This document shows positions 61,694-64,000 of a stretch of 64,000 nt of DNA, one piece after another. Location of the stretch: contig DATKDY010000215.1 in assembly GCA_035512515.1 (NCBI GenBank), forward strand, positions 1,294 to 65,293, written 5' to 3'. Numbering within the stretch: the first letter of the stretch is position 1; the number at the start of each line of letters is the position of its first letter. This DNA is from Vicinamibacterales bacterium (GTDB taxonomy: Bacteria > Acidobacteriota > Vicinamibacteria > Vicinamibacterales > UBA2999). The notes under the pieces were generated by a model. The model saw nothing but the letters and a program-made list of their open reading frames with translations, was not told the origin of the DNA and did not search any database. The position numbers and the translations under genes are program-made.

Positions 61694-62329
61694 ATGACGA
61701 CGAACATGCTGACCCCTGGTTCCCAGAGCTTTCTGCGTCTCCGGTTCCGCGCCCGCGGCGTTTTTTTCGCACTGCTCATGGTCGCGGCGGCGACACGCCC
61801 GGCCGCGGCGCAGTACGGGGCATGGCCGCCTGGGCCGCGAGGAGGAACGCAACAAGCCCTGGCCATCGCCCTCCAGTGCAGCGAACGCGGCGATTGGGGC
61901 TGCGCCACCGGCGTCCTGATTCAGGCCGTCGAGATGCAGCCGAATGACGATCAGTTGTGGCTGGCGCTCGGCCTGGTGATGGCCACCGCCGGACGGATGC
62001 CTGAGGCCGTTGCGTGCATCCAGCAGGCCGTCGGTCTGAACCCGGCGCTCGCGAGGCATCCGGCCGTGGCGCAATTGCTCCAGGTCGTTGGCGGGCCGCA
62101 ATTCTACGGAGGCGGCGGCTACTCTTTGGGAGGCGCGGGCGGACCTGGCGGCGGCCTTTCGGGAGGGTACGGCAGTCGGGACGAGGCGCGCGCCGCACAA
62201 ATGGAACGGGACCGGCGGCGCGAGGAGGACATGAGGCAATATCGGGAATGCATGGCCACGGCGCGGAGAGAAGCGGCGCAGATGACAGGGCTGACGAGCA
62301 AGATGAACATGTTTGCGCTGTGCAAGTAG
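61694..62329 (+). CDS. Hypothetical secreted protein with a TPR-like segment and a Gly-rich region
   Basis: AGAGGAG RBS before the ATG at 61694; signal peptide VFFALLMVAAATRPAAA; QAVEMQPNDDQLWLALGLVMATAGRMPEAVACIQQAVGLNP is TPR-like. Confidence 0.55.
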   Translation: MTTNMLTPGSQSFLRLRFRARGVFFALLMVAAATRPAAAQYGAWPPGPRGGTQQALAIALQCSERGDWGCATGVLIQAVEMQPNDDQLWLALGLVMATAGRMPEAVACIQQAVGLNPALARHPAVAQLLQVVGGPQFYGGGGYSLGGAGGPGGGLSGGYGSRDEARAAQMERDRRREEDMRQYRECMATARREAAQMTGLTSKMNMFALCK

Positions 62330-62513
62330 TTTGTGGCGTCTGCGATCGACAGCCAAATGCAACCGTCGTCGAAGTACAGCGCCGCGAGAGCCCACCGGCC
62401 CCGCGGCGCTAGTCGCTTTAGCCGGTGCTCCTACTGCCCGGGTCCGCCCACCTGTTCGGCTGCCCGCGCGACACGACCTGCTGTCCAGGAACGCCGGCGT
62501 CTGGCGCGATCTC

Positions 62514-63988
62514 ATGAAACCACCGCTTGCGACGGCTCGGAGGAGTGTCATCCACCGCGTGCTTCGCATTACCTTGGCGACGCTTCTGACTGTCGCCGGC
62601 CTGCTCGGTCCATTCCCGGCGGGCAACTCTTCGAGATCCCCCTCCTCGGTGGCACGCCACGGCAGGTGCTCACGGACATCGACAGTACGCTGGCCGTCTC
62701 GCCGGATGGCCGGCGTCTGGCATACCTGCGCGAGAATTTTCCGGAGCCGGGCGAGAGTGCTGTCGTCATCGCCGACTCGGGCGGCGCCAACGTGCGTGCT
62801 GTTCTCGTCAAGCGTCCGCCGTTGTTCGTGTCCCCAGGGTTCTTCGTCGCCCCATCGTGGTCGCCCGATGGCACACGCCTCGCGGTCGGCGTACGCAACA
62901 GCGAGACGCGCGACGCGGGGTTCGTCACCGTTGACGTGGAGACGGGTCGCGAGGACGCGCTGAGCGGGCGGTTCGGCAGCAGCGGCTTTACCTTCTGGCT
63001 CCCCGACGGATCGGGCATCCTCGTCACGGCCCAATCACTCGACGCCATGACCCCTCAGGGCGGAGGGCCGATTCACCTGCTGCCGTATCCGCGCGGCGAA
63101 CCGCGGCGCATCACCAACGACCTCGTCGTCTACCGCAATGCGACGGTGAGTGATGATGGCCGCCTGCTCGTTACGGTTGGTTCCGAACTGGCGCCGACGC
63201 TCTGGTTGATTCCGCTGGACGGCGGCGAGCCGCGGCGGCTGCGGTCAGAGCGCCACGACGGCGCCAGCGGAGCCGCCTGGATGCCGGACGGACGGATTCT
63301 GATTACGACCAGCGTCAGCGGCGACACGCACGTCGCGATCATGAACGGTGACGGGTCCAACCGGCGTGTCTTGACGGCCGACGGCCACGCCGGATGGGCG
63401 GGCCATTGTGTTCGTGGGCCGCTTCGGTGACCAGGGCGGCATCTGGCGGATGAATGCCGACGGCAGCGACCGTCGTCTGATTGGCGATGCGCTCGACGCG
63501 AGTTACCTGGAGATCGCACCAGACGGACGCACGGTCTACTACACCTCGTCGCGCCAGGGGCCGTCGTCGACCTGGCGCATTCCGATCGAGGGGGGAACGC
63601 CGACGCTCGTGATGTCGCAGTTCGATCGGGCAGCGGTGTCGCCTGATGGGCGACTCCTGGCTGGTGTGCTGCGAGCGGAGTCGTCGCTCTCGCTGGCGGT
63701 GGTCGAGCTTGCGGACGGAGGCGTGCGGCAGACGTTCAGCGGCCCGCGATTTCGCCGGTGCAGGGCAGTGCCGTGCAGTGGACGGCAGACGGGACGAGCC
63801 TGTTCTTCACGACGTCCGAGCGGATGAACGTCTGGCGGCAGCGCCTCGCGGGCGGCGATCTCGAGCGCCTCACCAACTTCAGCGATCAGTCGGTCTTCCG
63901 CGCCGAACGCTCGCCGGATGGCCGCTCGCTGCTCGTCGCGCGCGGATCGCAGATGCGCGATGCGTTCCTCATCACCAATTTTCGGTGA
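62514..63988 (+). pseudogene. TolB-like PD40 beta-propeller protein disrupted by at least three frameshifts
   Basis: An N-terminal TM helix in one frame (MKPPLATARRSVIHRVLRITLATLLTVAGLL) and PD40-type repeats (SPDGRRLAY, SWSPDGTRLA, WLPDGSGILV, WMPDGRILI, TPDGRAIVF, IAPDGRTVYY, VSPDGRLLA, WTADGTSLFF, RSPDGRSLL) are spread over three frames. The frame switches fall near 62615, 63385 and 63740. Confidence 0.7.
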
Positions 63989-64000
63989 GAAGCCTGACGA

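Noticed and set aside
61670-63034. 454-aa minus-strand ORF opposite the TPR-like gene and the PD40 pseudogene (also 59053..60498 opposite DUF5916)
   Set aside because: It is antisense to sequences with clear repeat or domain signatures and has no motifs of its own.

Overview
G+C-rich bacterial chromosomal segment. The gene content (TIGR02999-type ECF sigma, Ser/Thr kinase with TPR tail, PD40/TolB-like protein) suggests an Acidobacteriota-like soil bacterium, but that is inference only. Left to right: an AttH-like plus MacB-type ABC exporter operon; split NHEJ genes (stand-alone LigD polymerase domain convergent with an ATP-dependent ligase); an M1 peptidase; a Ser/Thr kinase and an ECF sigma factor; a complete uricolysis cluster (uraD-alc divergent from uox-allB-uraH plus three uncharacterised genes); small accessory genes (SWIB, YjbQ-like, Tat zinc-ribbon, SDR, YajQ, CheY-like); a 1549-aa Lhr helicase; a glycosyltransferase; and a ~13-kb nuo (complex I) operon. 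The nuo operon is atypical: an SIS/gmhA-like gene lies between nuoC and nuoD, nuoE and nuoF are fused in frame, and nuoG and nuoI are absent. Further right are hydrolases, a same-strand run of small unrelated accessory genes with gene fragments, a liv-type ABC importer, a DUF5916-like outer-membrane protein and a frameshifted PD40 gene. The most unusual signal is non-genic. Several families of 7-9-nt tandem repeats sit exactly at gene boundaries, and one 9-nt family has expanded in frame inside allB and nuoM. No rRNA, tRNA, CRISPR array, transposase or integrase was recognised. Many long ORFs in the track are antisense or alternate-frame artefacts of the high G+C content.
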